Below, one piece after another: positions 40,399 to 50,338 of a DNA stretch of 64,000 nucleotides; positions within the stretch are counted from its first letter, which is position 1; the number at the start of each line of letters is the position of its first letter. The notes under the pieces were generated by a model that was given only the letters and a program-made list of their open reading frames with translations, did no database searches and was not told where the DNA came from. The translations under genes were made by a program, and so were the position numbers. Source of the stretch: a bacterium (GTDB lineage: Bacteria > UBA8248); assembly GCA_965261085.1 (NCBI GenBank), contig OZ253442.1, forward strand, positions 4,064,001 through 4,128,000. The letters run 5' to 3'.

Positions 40399-41301
40399 TT
40401 ACCTCTTCACCATTCCGAAAGTGAAACCTCGCACCAGGTGTTTTCGAATGAAAATGCCGATGATCATGAGCGGCAGGGTGATCCCCACCGCCAGAGCGGC
40501 CTGATGGCCGTAGACGCGGCCCTCGTCGGAGCCTTCGTATTTCGCCAACTGGACGGGCAGCGTCACCACGTCCACCTTGGAGAGCATGAGAGAGAGCAGA
40601 TATTCGCTCCACGTCAGGATGAGGATGAACAGGAACGTCGCCACTAACCCTGAGCGAATGAGCGGGAATATGACCTCGCGGATCGCCTGCCATTTGCTCG
40701 CGCCCAGAATCTCCGCGGCCTGTTCGAGCTCGACGGGAACCTCGTCCACGAAGCTCTTCGTCATCCAGACGGAATAGGGCAGCGTGGTGATGAAATAGAC
40801 GATCACCAGCCCCGTCGCGGTGTCCATCAAATGGATCGCCGAGTAGTAGAGGGTGAGAGGCGCCGCCACCACAATGGGCGGGATCATCCGCAGCACAAGG
40901 AGCTGGAACATTCGTATCTCGGATAGTATCCGGTAGCGAGAGACGCCGTAGGCCAGGATCGCGCCGAAGGCGACCGAAAGCGCGGTGGCGGTAATCGCGA
41001 TATAGAGGCTGTTCCAGAGCGCCTGCCAGGGCTTGTTCGCCGAAGCCGACTCGTAGCGGGCGGTCTGCGTTTTCACATCCGCAGCCGAGCGGGGACTCTC
41101 GGGCCTGCCCCACACCGCCTGGTAGTTGGCCCATGAGGCCTCCTGCGACCAGTAGACCGGCGGCCAGGCGTGCCACTCCCAGTCGGGCTTGAACGAGGTG
41201 GAGACGATCCAGAATACCGGAAACGCCACGATCAGCGACCAGAACAGAAGCATGGCGTAGCGGAATATGTTGAACAGGCGTCCCTTCATGACTCGGTTCA
41301 T
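40399..41301 (-). CDS. carbohydrate ABC transporter permease (MalG-like)
   Basis: EAA loop ELEQAAEILGAS; TM helices. Confidence 0.92.
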   Translation of the reverse strand: MNRVMKGRLFNIFRYAMLLFWSLIVAFPVFWIVSTSFKPDWEWHAWPPVYWSQEASWANYQAVWGRPESPRSAADVKTQTARYESASANKPWQALWNSLYIAITATALSVAFGAILAYGVSRYRILSEIRMFQLLVLRMIPPIVVAAPLTLYYSAIHLMDTATGLVIVYFITTLPYSVWMTKSFVDEVPVELEQAAEILGASKWQAIREVIFPLIRSGLVATFLFILILTWSEYLLSLMLSKVDVVTLPVQLAKYEGSDEGRVYGHQAALAVGITLPLMIIGIFIRKHLVRGFTFGMVKR

Positions 41302-41303
41302 GC

Positions 41304-42266
41304 CTAAGCCTCCGTGCGCGGCGCTTCATACAGGGTGTCGAGCGCCTGTTTCTCGCGGCGCAGCACGTAGATCGCCGTGAGAACGATGAATATCATGATG
41401 ACCATGACGATATAGGACATCGCCGCGCCCTTCGATATATCAAACGACACCCAAGTCGTGAAATAGAGATAGATGGGTATGGTCTCGGTAGCGGTGCCCG
41501 GCCCTCCCTGGATGAGGCCCCACGTCTTGGGGAATTCCGCCATGGCCTCGAGGAAGCGCAGGATGAGCGCCAGGAATATGACGGGCCGCAGGAGCGGAAG
41601 CTGAATCTCGCGGAAAATCTGCAAGCGGTTCGCTCCGAGGATGCGCGCGGCCTCCACGGGCTCGGCCGGCAGCGAGGAGAGGCCCGCCAGCATGATGATG
41701 AAGACGAAGGGAGTCCAGTTCCATATTTCCAGAAGAATAATGGTGAAGATGGCGAAATTCGGGTTTGCCAGCCAGGTGAACTTCGAGAGGTCTCCCGGCA
41801 GGAAATAGCTCAAGAACCCGTTGATGGGTCCTTTTTCATATAAAAGCATGTCGGCGGTGTATGCGATGACGACGGGCACCGTCAGCATGGGAATGATGAA
41901 GAGGATATAGAAAAACGCCTGCCCCTTGAAGGGCTTGTACATCAGCAGCGCCAGAATGAAGCCGCATATGAAACAGCCCAGCGTCGAGAGGCTCGCGAAC
42001 ATGAGCGAGCGCCCCATGGCCCTCCAGAAACGCCCTTCGGTCAACACCTCCTGGAACAACTCCAGCCCCACGAAATCCGCGTCGAACCAGGTGGAGAGAT
42101 AGACCGTCCAGGAATGAAGCGAAAAATATATCTGCAAAAGAAAAACGGGCATCAGGAACGCGAACAGAATGATCAGCGGGGAGAGCGCGCTCCATTTGAA
42201 TATGCGCACGCCGCGGGCGCGGGTGGAGCGTCTACCCTTGGGCTGCGCATCTATGGCCGTCGCCAT
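41304..42266 (-). CDS. carbohydrate ABC transporter permease (MalF-like)
   Basis: WNWTPF...LAGLSSLP.EPVEAARILGA and GGPGTATET; start MATAID at 42266 with GGAG RBS. Confidence 0.92.
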   Translation of the reverse strand: MATAIDAQPKGRRSTRARGVRIFKWSALSPLIILFAFLMPVFLLQIYFSLHSWTVYLSTWFDADFVGLELFQEVLTEGRFWRAMGRSLMFASLSTLGCFICGFILALLMYKPFKGQAFFYILFIIPMLTVPVVIAYTADMLLYEKGPINGFLSYFLPGDLSKFTWLANPNFAIFTIILLEIWNWTPFVFIIMLAGLSSLPAEPVEAARILGANRLQIFREIQLPLLRPVIFLALILRFLEAMAEFPKTWGLIQGGPGTATETIPIYLYFTTWVSFDISKGAAMSYIVMVIMIFIVLTAIYVLRREKQALDTLYEAPRTEA

Positions 42267-42342
42267 TCGTGAGACTCCTACCAATATCGAGTAGATCGGG
42301 GCATGAACCAGGATCCATCCGGAAGCGAGTATCGTGTCGGCG

Positions 42343-42421
42343 ACCGGGGCCGGCGACTGTCCGCCGGCCCCGGTTATCGAAACATGAAATCCCTCCCCGG
42401 AGCACACGCCCCGGGGAGAGG
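42343..42421 (-). promoter_or_regulatory. intercistronic stem-loops after the substrate-binding gene
   Basis: ACCGGGGCCGGCG-loop-CGCCGGCCCCGGT (42343-42374) and CTCCCCGG...CCGGGGAG (about 42393-42418). Confidence 0.55.
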
Positions 42422-42431
42422 AGTTTCCGCC

Positions 42432-43883
42432 TTACATAGGCTTGTCCATCTTCGGCATCATCGCCTTGTAGAAGGGGATCTCCTTCCTGAGCTTGCGCTT
42501 GCCGACCTTGCGAACGATCTTGGTCCACTCTTTCTGGATGTCGCCCATGACCTTCTTGGCGCCCTTCTTGCGGCCCGCGTAGGCCTCGGAGAGGTTGCGG
42601 TCCACGACTTCCTTGAACTCCTGGTAGCCGGTCACGTACGGCGGCGGCGCGGTGACGAGGAGGTTCTGCTCCACTGCCTTGATTCCCTCCTTGGAGTAGA
42701 CCTTCGTCACCTTCGGGTCGGTCATGTGTTTGGGATGCCAGGGGTCGTGGAAGGTGAAAATTGGATGACCGACCACCTCGGCGCTGTTCTTGTAGGTGCT
42801 CATGTACATGGCCCATGCGACGGCCTGCTTCTTGCGCGGGCTGTGCCGGTTGATGACCATGCCCATCACCGGCGCGGAGAAGGCGCGGTGGATTTGCTTG
42901 CCGGAGAACTTCGAGCCCGGCACCAGGCCGTAGCGCCACTTGCCCCTGGTCTTCGTGCCCGCCGTCGGGCTCTCGATGGCCGCGATAATCCCGTCCCAGT
43001 ACTGGCAGGAGAACATCTCGCCGTTGCGGATGCGGGGGATCATCTGCGGCGAACCCCAGGCGCCCGCCTCGGGGTGGGAGACCTGCTTGCGCGCCAGCCA
43101 GGTGTCGAAGGCGTACTCGGCCGCAGGCGTGTTCAGCGTGGGGTTGGCGTCGTCGTCGAACGGGAAGCCGCCCGCGCTGTAGAGATACATCCAGTACCAG
43201 AAACTGCTGTTCGCCTTATCGCGCAGTCCGCCGAAGCCGTAGAGTCCCTTGTCGGGCCTGTGGAAGAACTTCATCATCTCGAGTTCGTCTTCCCAGGTGA
43301 CCGGCCACTTGAGGGGCTTGCCGTGCTTGTCGGCGAAGGCCTTGCGCTCGTCGGGATTGTCGAAGTAATCCTTGCGGATGAACTGCGGGCAGACGTTGCC
43401 GTCCGTGGGCATGGCGTAGGTCTTGCCCTGATACTGCATGAAGCTCTCGAAGTTGCCCACCATCTGGAGGTCGAAGCCCGCGTCTTTCATGTAGCCGTCG
43501 AGGGGCTCGATCATTCCCGCGGCCACGAGGGAGGGAATCATCATGGACTCGACGTGAAAGATGTCGAACGTGCCCGAGCGCGTGATGGCCTCGGCCATGG
43601 CCCGCTGGGGAATCTGCAGGTTGGGAACGTCGCTGATCTTGTCCATGGAGATGCCGGTGGCTTTGTTGAACTCGCGATTGAGGTCGGGGTAGTTGCGCCA
43701 GTACAGGCCCCACATCATTCCGTTCAGCTTGGCGCCGCCCAGCTTCTTCGCCGCTTTGATGACGGCGTCCTCCTCGGGCCCGGCATAGGCTTTACCGGCG
43801 CCGCCGAGAACGGCGGGACCCGCCACGGCGGTGGCCAGACCGGCCTTGAGGAGGCTTCTTCTTTTGATCTGTTTCTCGCTCAT
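42432..43883 (-). CDS. ABC transporter substrate-binding protein (SBP family 1), Tat signal
   Basis: KRRSLLK twin-arginine motif with AYA cleavage site; YAMPTDG and P.TWED; AGGAGG RBS. Confidence 0.88.
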   Translation of the reverse strand: MSEKQIKRRSLLKAGLATAVAGPAVLGGAGKAYAGPEEDAVIKAAKKLGGAKLNGMMWGLYWRNYPDLNREFNKATGISMDKISDVPNLQIPQRAMAEAITRSGTFDIFHVESMMIPSLVAAGMIEPLDGYMKDAGFDLQMVGNFESFMQYQGKTYAMPTDGNVCPQFIRKDYFDNPDERKAFADKHGKPLKWPVTWEDELEMMKFFHRPDKGLYGFGGLRDKANSSFWYWMYLYSAGGFPFDDDANPTLNTPAAEYAFDTWLARKQVSHPEAGAWGSPQMIPRIRNGEMFSCQYWDGIIAAIESPTAGTKTRGKWRYGLVPGSKFSGKQIHRAFSAPVMGMVINRHSPRKKQAVAWAMYMSTYKNSAEVVGHPIFTFHDPWHPKHMTDPKVTKVYSKEGIKAVEQNLLVTAPPPYVTGYQEFKEVVDRNLSEAYAGRKKGAKKVMGDIQKEWTKIVRKVGKRKLRKEIPFYKAMMPKMDKPM

Positions 43884-44033
43884 CTGGGTGTTCCTCCTTC
43901 ACTTGGGTGTGGACCGAGAGAGCGAAAGGAAATCCGCCTCGTGCGTCCATCTCGCGATGGAACGCCGGCCTGCGGATGGATGAACCCGCCTCTCGGCCCG
44001 TATATGCAACTCATAATGCCTTGGTGATAGGTC

Positions 44034-44061
44034 ATTGTATGGAAGCGGTTATTTTTGTCAA
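44034..44061 (-). promoter_or_regulatory. sigma70 promoter of the ABC operon
   Basis: Minus strand TTGACA-16 nt-TACAAT. Confidence 0.65.
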
Positions 44062-44204
44062 CAGGCGCAACGAGGCGATCTTCCGAGATTTATGGGCCGC
44101 CCACGGAAAGCCATCCAAAAGGCGGCAGCGAGGGGAAACAGATAAAAAAAACGCCCTCCCCGGCGCGCGGCGGCGCACTGGAGAGGGCGGTCGAAACCCG
44201 TTTT

Positions 44205-44720
44205 CTAGTTCCCGCTCGCCTCCGCCGCCTCGAGTTCCGCCATCTTCCGCAGGGCCACCTTGTCCCTCAACAGAAACACCGGACAGGGCGCGCGCCGGAG
44301 CACCTGCTCGGAGACGCTCCCGATCAAAAAGCGGCTCACCATGTTGTGGCCGTGCGTGCCCATGACGAGAAGGTCGAAATTCCCCGTCTCGGCGAATTGC
44401 ACGATCTCCTTCATCGGCTCGCCGAAAACGACCAGGGTCTCGATGGGCACGCTCGATTCGATCTGTTTCACCATGACGTCCAGATTGCTCTGTAATTCGA
44501 CGCGCGAATCCTCGAGCAGACGGCTCGGGGAAATGGTGCCGACGAGTTCCGCGCCATAGCCACCGTATTTGGCCGCATAGTCGGGGTTTCTGGCCACATG
44601 AATGGCCATGACTTCCGCGTTGCGATTCTCCCCGATCTCCGCCGCGACCTTCAGGACGCCCCTGCTGAGATCGGAGAAATCTACGGCAGCCAGTATTTTC
44701 TTGGGATCGTATATTCGCAT
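44205..44720 (-). CDS. universal stress protein (UspA family)
   Basis: KILAAVDFS and DLLVMGTHG...IGSVSEQVLRRAPCPV. Confidence 0.95.
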   Translation of the reverse strand: MRIYDPKKILAAVDFSDLSRGVLKVAAEIGENRNAEVMAIHVARNPDYAAKYGGYGAELVGTISPSRLLEDSRVELQSNLDVMVKQIESSVPIETLVVFGEPMKEIVQFAETGNFDLLVMGTHGHNMVSRFLIGSVSEQVLRRAPCPVFLLRDKVALRKMAELEAAEASGN

Positions 44721-45026
44721 GGCCCTTCCCTCCTCGTATGAAGAAATGCGATGTGACCGTCTGCATCCCCAATAAAAAGCGGAGTCTCCGGAGGCCCCGC
44801 TTTCAAGGATCGTTCTTGATTTCCCGCCTGCGCCTCACTTCGCCTGGCGGAGGCCTGCCGAATGCCTTGCGCCGGCTATCTTTCTTTTGTCATCCCCGAG
44901 AGGCCGGCGCATCGCTCCGGGGGACTAGACTTTCTCACTGTATCGACCCCCTATGGTCTGATTCAAATATAGGCCCTCGCGCGCCATCTTTCAAGGAAAT
45001 TCCGCGCGCAGGCGGCCCTGAGCGCC

Positions 45027-46010
45027 TTAGTCGATTTCCACCACCACGTTTCCGACGTTCGCGAAATTCTCCATCATCTCATGGGCGGCGGCGGTGTCTT
45101 CCAGGGAAAAACGCGCGCCGATGTGGTGGGTGAGCGCCCCCGCCTCGCACGCGGCGTTGATGTCGCTGCAGGCCTGGGAGAAGGCGGAATCCGGCATGGT
45201 GTAGAGGAACACCATGCGGATGGCCGTGTTCTCGGGCATCATCTGGTACCAGGGCAGCACCGGCTCGGGCGCCCGCGTGGATCCGTAGGCCGCGACGGTT
45301 CCGTTTCCCTTGAGCACCTTGCGTGTGACGTCTAAGTTCTCGCCGAAATCCACCTCGCAGATCCTGTCCACGCCCGCCCCATTGGTTATCTCCATGATGC
45401 GCGCAGCGGCGTCTCCTTCCCGGTAGTTCACGACGTGGTCCGCACCCGCATCGCGCGCGATCCGCGCTTTTTCCTCACCGCTGACCGTGGCTATGACGGT
45501 CGCCCCGCCCCACTTGCCGAGCTGAACGCCGTAGCGCCCCACCGCGCCCGCCCCGCCGGTGACGAGCGCGGTCTGCCCCGCAATCGGCCCGTCGATAAAG
45601 AGCGCCCGGTGGGCGGTCATCGCCGGAATCGCCAGGCACGCGCCCTGGGCGAAATCCACCGAGTCGGCCAGTGGCACCGCCTGCCGCTCGGGCAGGACGA
45701 TGAAATCGGCCGCCGTGCCGTAGGCCCTTTGCCACTGGCCGTTGAACAGCCAGACGCGCTCGCCCACGCGGGCTGCGTCCACACCCTCGCCCACGCTCTC
45801 GATGACGCCTGCGCCGTCTGAATGGGGGATGATTCTCGCCCAGCGCATCTCGCCGCGAGAACCCAGCCGCGCCTTGTAGTCCGAAGGATTCGCGCCCGAG
45901 GCGTGGAGTTTCACACGCACCTCGCCCGCCCCTGGCTCGGGGGTATCGAGTTCTCCGAATTTCAGCACCTCTTTCGCCGGGCCATACGCTTCATACCAGA
46001 CGGCTCGCAT
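45027..46010 (-). CDS. NADPH:quinone reductase (zeta-crystallin/MDR family)
   Basis: GANPSD.K, IPHSDGAG, IPAMTAHRAL and VTGGAGAVG. Confidence 0.92.
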   Translation of the reverse strand: MRAVWYEAYGPAKEVLKFGELDTPEPGAGEVRVKLHASGANPSDYKARLGSRGEMRWARIIPHSDGAGVIESVGEGVDAARVGERVWLFNGQWQRAYGTAADFIVLPERQAVPLADSVDFAQGACLAIPAMTAHRALFIDGPIAGQTALVTGGAGAVGRYGVQLGKWGGATVIATVSGEEKARIARDAGADHVVNYREGDAAARIMEITNGAGVDRICEVDFGENLDVTRKVLKGNGTVAAYGSTRAPEPVLPWYQMMPENTAIRMVFLYTMPDSAFSQACSDINAACEAGALTHHIGARFSLEDTAAAHEMMENFANVGNVVVEID

Positions 46011-46090
46011 GATCTCTCCTTCAATTGGTCTCGTTGCTGGGGAAAAAAGGAAACTCCAACTATCTCTTCAACACGCCACCACAAAGCGCC

Positions 46091-47209
46091 TCAAGCAGCG
46101 GCCCGCTCGCGCTCTATCAGTTCCTTAATAAGAGGGATGAGGCCGCGCGCGGCGCGGTGGCATTCCTCCACGTGGGGATAGCCCGAGAGGATGAACTCAT
46201 CGATGCCCAGCCGCCAGTAGCCGAGAAGTTCTTCCGCGATTTGCCCGGGCGTTCCCACGAGGGCGGAGCCGCAGTTCACCCGCACCTGGGAGATGCCGTT
46301 CCACAAGCGAGGCCCCACCCGGAAATCATCGAAAGCGCGCGCCTGGGCGGCGGCGCCCACCATGCTCGTGCCGGCCACCAGCGCGCCGCGCTGCGCCTTC
46401 ACGGAACCCTCCGCTCTGCTCAAAAGCTCATGCGTCTCCTGCCAGGCTTTCGCCTCGGTGTCGCGCATCACCAGATGGGAACGCACCCCGAAGACGGGTG
46501 TACGCCCCGCCTCGGCGAAAGAAGCCCGCGCGCGTTCTAAATGCTTTCTGGTCTCCTCCACCGGCCCTATCCAGCCCAGATAAACGTCCGACTGCGTCCC
46601 TGCCAGCTTAAGAGCAGCGGGGGATGCGCCTCCCAGATAGAACTTGGGCGTCTCTCCCGCCGGGCCGGGCGAGCAATGCACGTCATTTAATGTGACGAAT
46701 TTTCCTTCAAAACTCACTGGTTCCGGCTTCTCCCAGAGCTTGCGAATGGCGGCAATAAACTCCTCCGCCCGCTCATAGCGCGAATCGTGGTCGATTCTCT
46801 CCCCCATTTTTTCGAACTCGCCCTTGATGCCGCCGGGCACGACGTTCAAATCCACGCGCCCGCCGGTTATCTGGCTGAGCGTGGCCGCCATCTGCGCGAA
46901 AAGACCCGGGTTCACGAACCCGGGGCGCACGGCGATCAGGAAGCGGATTTTCCGGCTTTGCGCCGCCAGGGCCGTCACCATCGTCCAGGTCTCCGCCAGC
47001 GGCGCTCCCTGGTCGAATAGCCCGTTGGCGAAGCGCGTGGGAATGAGCATGGAGTAGAAGTCGTTCTCCTCCGCCGCCTTGACCACCTCGCTTAAGTATT
47101 CATACGTGGGCGGGCGTTCGGCCCGCAGCGTGCCGATGTGCTCACCATCGCCGTCGATCGGAATAAACCAGTCGAAGCGGGGCGGGGGGCGCTCGTGATT
47201 TGGCGTCAT
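46091..47209 (-). CDS. LLM-class flavin-dependent monooxygenase (SsuD-like)
   Basis: WFIPIDGDG, FLIAVRPGF, HDSRYERAEEF, YLGGAS, LVGTPGQIA and FILSGYPH.EE. Confidence 0.9.
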   Translation of the reverse strand: MTPNHERPPPRFDWFIPIDGDGEHIGTLRAERPPTYEYLSEVVKAAEENDFYSMLIPTRFANGLFDQGAPLAETWTMVTALAAQSRKIRFLIAVRPGFVNPGLFAQMAATLSQITGGRVDLNVVPGGIKGEFEKMGERIDHDSRYERAEEFIAAIRKLWEKPEPVSFEGKFVTLNDVHCSPGPAGETPKFYLGGASPAALKLAGTQSDVYLGWIGPVEETRKHLERARASFAEAGRTPVFGVRSHLVMRDTEAKAWQETHELLSRAEGSVKAQRGALVAGTSMVGAAAQARAFDDFRVGPRLWNGISQVRVNCGSALVGTPGQIAEELLGYWRLGIDEFILSGYPHVEECHRAARGLIPLIKELIERERAAA

Positions 47210-47355
47210 GCGGAAACTCCCATGCGGGTTCAGTATCAAATTTCGGCGATTCTAGTACAGATGCGGAGGGCGTGAAAGTGACGAAACATCCGCGCAACCA
47301 ACCCGCTTCGTCGTCCTGTGACCCTTTGACACGGGAACCAGGGTTTCATGATCTT

Positions 47356-47384
47356 GCAGGGGCGGTTCGCGAACCGCCCCTACG
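47356..47384. repeat. GTAG-type REP palindrome
   Basis: AGGGGCGGTTCGCGAACCGCCCCTAC. Confidence 0.75.
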
Positions 47385-47551
47385 GAATGGATCCTCCTCA
47401 GCGCGTCCGGCAACCTCCCGGCCGCCACCGGTCTTCGCCGGAATGAGAGAGAAGTGGTTTTATATACGTTTTTGACTTCTAGGTCCAAAAACGCTAGTTT
47501 GCTTGTAGAGGACCCGTACTCTTTTATTCTCACCAGGGACGGGACAGTGTA

Positions 47552-48001
47552 ATGCGAAAAATCATCGGTCATCTAAAAGAACACTCCGGAATATGGACTT
47601 TCGGGATATTCATCGTCGCGGCGGCGGGCGGAATTTACCAGTTTACGGAAACTCTGGTCAGCGCCCAGATCACGCCCGTAAAGGTTCGCGTCGACGCGGA
47701 AGTCAAAAGGCTCGATGCGGCGGATCAGAACACGAACAGCTCCATCAACGGTCTCAAGAAGCACATGAACGAGCGTTTCGATGAGTTAAAGAAAGATATA
47801 AGACTCAACAGGGAAAGAATAAGCCTTTTGGATCAGACAATTAACCGTTTGGATGAGAAACTCGACAGGAAAATAGAACTGCTGGATCAGAAAATAAGCC
47901 GCTTGGATGAGAAGATGGACAGGAAAATAACTCTTCTGGATCAGAAACTCGACAAGAAATTCGACCTCATCCTGCTGAGGCTCCCCCCACTCAAAAAATA
48001 G
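47552..48001 (+). CDS. membrane-anchored coiled-coil protein with 18-aa tandem repeats
   Basis: N-terminal TM; repeats LLDQTINRLDEKLDRKIE / LLDQKISRLDEKMDRKIT / LLDQKLDKK. Confidence 0.75.
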   Translation: MRKIIGHLKEHSGIWTFGIFIVAAAGGIYQFTETLVSAQITPVKVRVDAEVKRLDAADQNTNSSINGLKKHMNERFDELKKDIRLNRERISLLDQTINRLDEKLDRKIELLDQKISRLDEKMDRKITLLDQKLDKKFDLILLRLPPLKK

Positions 48002-48071
48002 TTTTTCAGGTCCCGGTCAATGGGCGTATGGAGTTTCATACGCTCTCGCCGGGAGAACGGCGGGGAATCTC

Positions 48072-48704
48072 TCACGAGAGGGTTTCGCTCAAGGCCGCCA
48101 GTTCATCGAGCGCCTCTTTGGCGAAACGATCCTGAAAGACGGCCTCGGCCCCCGGCCCCACATAGACGGCGCAGAGCGCACCCCGCTCACAAAGCATGAT
48201 CGTGGTGAGAGGCCGCAGGACGATGGCGCCTATGGTTTCGTGCACGTCGGGCCGGTTAATCCATTTGCGAAAGGAGGCCTCACGGTCCGCCGCCAGGGTG
48301 AGTTCCGAATCCCAGAGCGGATCGCCCGATGTGACGCCTTGAAGATTCGCGCCCTCGTCCAGATTCTCGAGGAAGGCGCGCTCGGGGGGCTTGAGGCTCT
48401 CTTCTTTCTTGTGGATCCTGAACGAAAGAGAAGCTGGGCAGGCGACCCCGATCCGCATCGTGGTGGGACTGCCTCGACCATGCGCGCGATACTCGAACCA
48501 CACGCTCTTGCCCGAATACCTGCCCGTCAGGCGTCCGCCTTCGAGGTTGGCCGTGCCAGCATCCAGAATTTCGACCAGCGGCTTCATGCGGCGGGTCAGC
48601 CACACGTCGCGAAAGAAAACGTAGTAGACGACCGCCCCGAGAACCACCGCCAGGGCGAGCAGGCTCGGCCCGTCCAAATACAGATCCGAAAACGACAAAC
48701 CCAT
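48072..48704 (-). CDS. hypothetical protein with N-terminal TM helix
   Basis: 210-aa ORF with a single hydrophobic anchor and host-like codon usage. Confidence 0.6.
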   Translation of the reverse strand: MGLSFSDLYLDGPSLLALAVVLGAVVYYVFFRDVWLTRRMKPLVEILDAGTANLEGGRLTGRYSGKSVWFEYRAHGRGSPTTMRIGVACPASLSFRIHKKEESLKPPERAFLENLDEGANLQGVTSGDPLWDSELTLAADREASFRKWINRPDVHETIGAIVLRPLTTIMLCERGALCAVYVGPGAEAVFQDRFAKEALDELAALSETLS

Positions 48705-48947
48705 CGGCTCAAAACCTTTCGGTGAACCATCTCACAAGTTCGCAAGCCATTTTTGCGAAACAAACGCCCCATATCCGCCTGGATTCAGGCATTCGCCGGA
48801 ATGACGGCAAAAACCCATTACGCCAACGTTTCTCTGATCACCAACAGTCCATCCAAATTTTTCAGTATGTGGAATCCTAATTTATAATGCGTCAGTATTT
48901 CCATTGTGCTAAATACTGAACTGGCAAAAAGCTATAAGAGGGTTCAA

Positions 48948-49535
48948 ATGCAACAGCAAGTTAGTGATCACAAGAAGTTGCCGACGAATTGGCCAACACA
49001 TAAAGGTTCTGCGGCATTCTGGGAAGAGTTGGGAAGAGCGGTGGCCTGCTTCGGGTTTTTGGAAGACACTCTCACAAGAACTTATTTCGCACTCACAGCA
49101 ACTCGTAGATACAAGTGTCCAGAAGAAGTAGAAAAAAGGTTTGAGAAGTGGAAGATACCACTTGAACTGTCCATAACCGACAGTCTAGGCAGCCTTGCCA
49201 TTAAAATCGATGAAGCATTCAAGGATGACGACCGTATTTCTGAGGAAACAAGAAAAATCGTCGTCGAGCAATTGAATGAAGTGCGAGTTTGGCGCAATGC
49301 CCTTTGCCATGGCACGTGGGATAGCTTCGCCGAGAATGGCGATTCCGCGCACTTGAGATTTTTCCGCAAAACTCAAGATGGCCCCGAACAACTTAGCAAT
49401 AAACATCTTCAACGGTTAGAAATCACACAAATACGTCGTGCAACCGCCGAGGCCACCTCATATCTGATAAACATCGTAACATCCAACGGATTGCAATTTC
49501 CCGGTTCCACATCACCGGGCAGGACAATCCTCTAA
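48948..49535 (+). CDS. hypothetical AT-rich protein with a HEPN-like Rx4H motif
   Basis: Helical protein ELGRAVACFGFLE...WRNALCHG; composition visibly differs from neighbours. Confidence 0.6.
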   Translation: MQQQVSDHKKLPTNWPTHKGSAAFWEELGRAVACFGFLEDTLTRTYFALTATRRYKCPEEVEKRFEKWKIPLELSITDSLGSLAIKIDEAFKDDDRISEETRKIVVEQLNEVRVWRNALCHGTWDSFAENGDSAHLRFFRKTQDGPEQLSNKHLQRLEITQIRRATAEATSYLINIVTSNGLQFPGSTSPGRTIL

Positions 49536-50042
49536 TCAATCCTTTCCCCCCTCCTGCGCATCCCGCCAGGCGGGGCGGCTGCCGGGGAACATGTCCGAAT
49601 CGTGAAATACCTCGATGCGGTTGCCGTCTGGGTCCAGAAAATAGATGCCCTCGTGCCCGCCCCACAGACCGTTACTCTCATCTAAACGCAAGGGACCCCA
49701 GACGACCTCGATGTCCTCTCGCGAGCGAATGTAGGCCACCGCGTCGTCGAACGCCGCCTGATCGGCCACCTCGAACGCCAGGTGGTGGAGCCCTACATCG
49801 TGGCGCGGCACGGTGTCCTCGCCTTCAGAGTCCACCCAGCCCTCGGGTACGCTGAATATCGCCAGTTGGTGGTGGTAGTCGTCCAGGTACATGAACACCG
49901 AGCCGAACGGAGCCGCCGGGTGACTGCCCGCCTCGTGGCGCGAGCGCAGCTTGAAGCCCAGGACTTCGGAATAGAATTTTATCGCGCGATCCAGGTCGCG
50001 CACCTTGATGCCCATATGCTGCAAGCGGATGGAGCGAATCAT
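49536..50042 (-). CDS. VOC family (glyoxalase/extradiol dioxygenase-like) protein
   Basis: LQHMGIKVRDL...FYSEVLG, HHQLA, GLHHLAFEV and YFLDPDGNRIE; AGGAGG RBS before ATG 50042. Confidence 0.92.
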   Translation of the reverse strand: MIRSIRLQHMGIKVRDLDRAIKFYSEVLGFKLRSRHEAGSHPAAPFGSVFMYLDDYHHQLAIFSVPEGWVDSEGEDTVPRHDVGLHHLAFEVADQAAFDDAVAYIRSREDIEVVWGPLRLDESNGLWGGHEGIYFLDPDGNRIEVFHDSDMFPGSRPAWRDAQEGGKD

Positions 50043-50140
50043 CAAAGGCCTCCTGAGGGTATGATAACGAATGGGAGCGAAACCGCCCCAGGCATCCTGA
50101 TTTGCGGCGGTTCTGCGGTGCTGCGTCATGGGGCGAGGAT

Positions 50141-50174
50141 ACGCCGTTCGCCCGTGAAAGTCATGGCGTTTGGC
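50141..50174. repeat. 34-bp direct repeat, copy 1 (overlaps the putative VOC promoter)
   Basis: ACGCCGTTCGCCCGTGAAAGTCATGGCGTTTGGC; minus strand ATGACT-17 nt-TATCCT at 50164-50136. Confidence 0.85.
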
Positions 50175-50338
50175 GAATTGAACGGGGCTGATGCGACGTC
50201 GGTTCGCTTCCACCCCGGCCCACGAGAACAACCCCGCCATCGACTTGACGGAGCATGGCGAGGCAGGATAAGGCTCGAGAACGTAAACGCGCCGACCTCA
50301 CCCTCAATCCGAACTCAAGCTGTAAGGAGATACAACTT

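Noticed and set aside
42303-44027. 574-aa plus-strand ORF and similar long antisense ORFs elsewhere
   Set aside because: Antisense mirrors of strongly codon-biased genes, with no recognisable motifs
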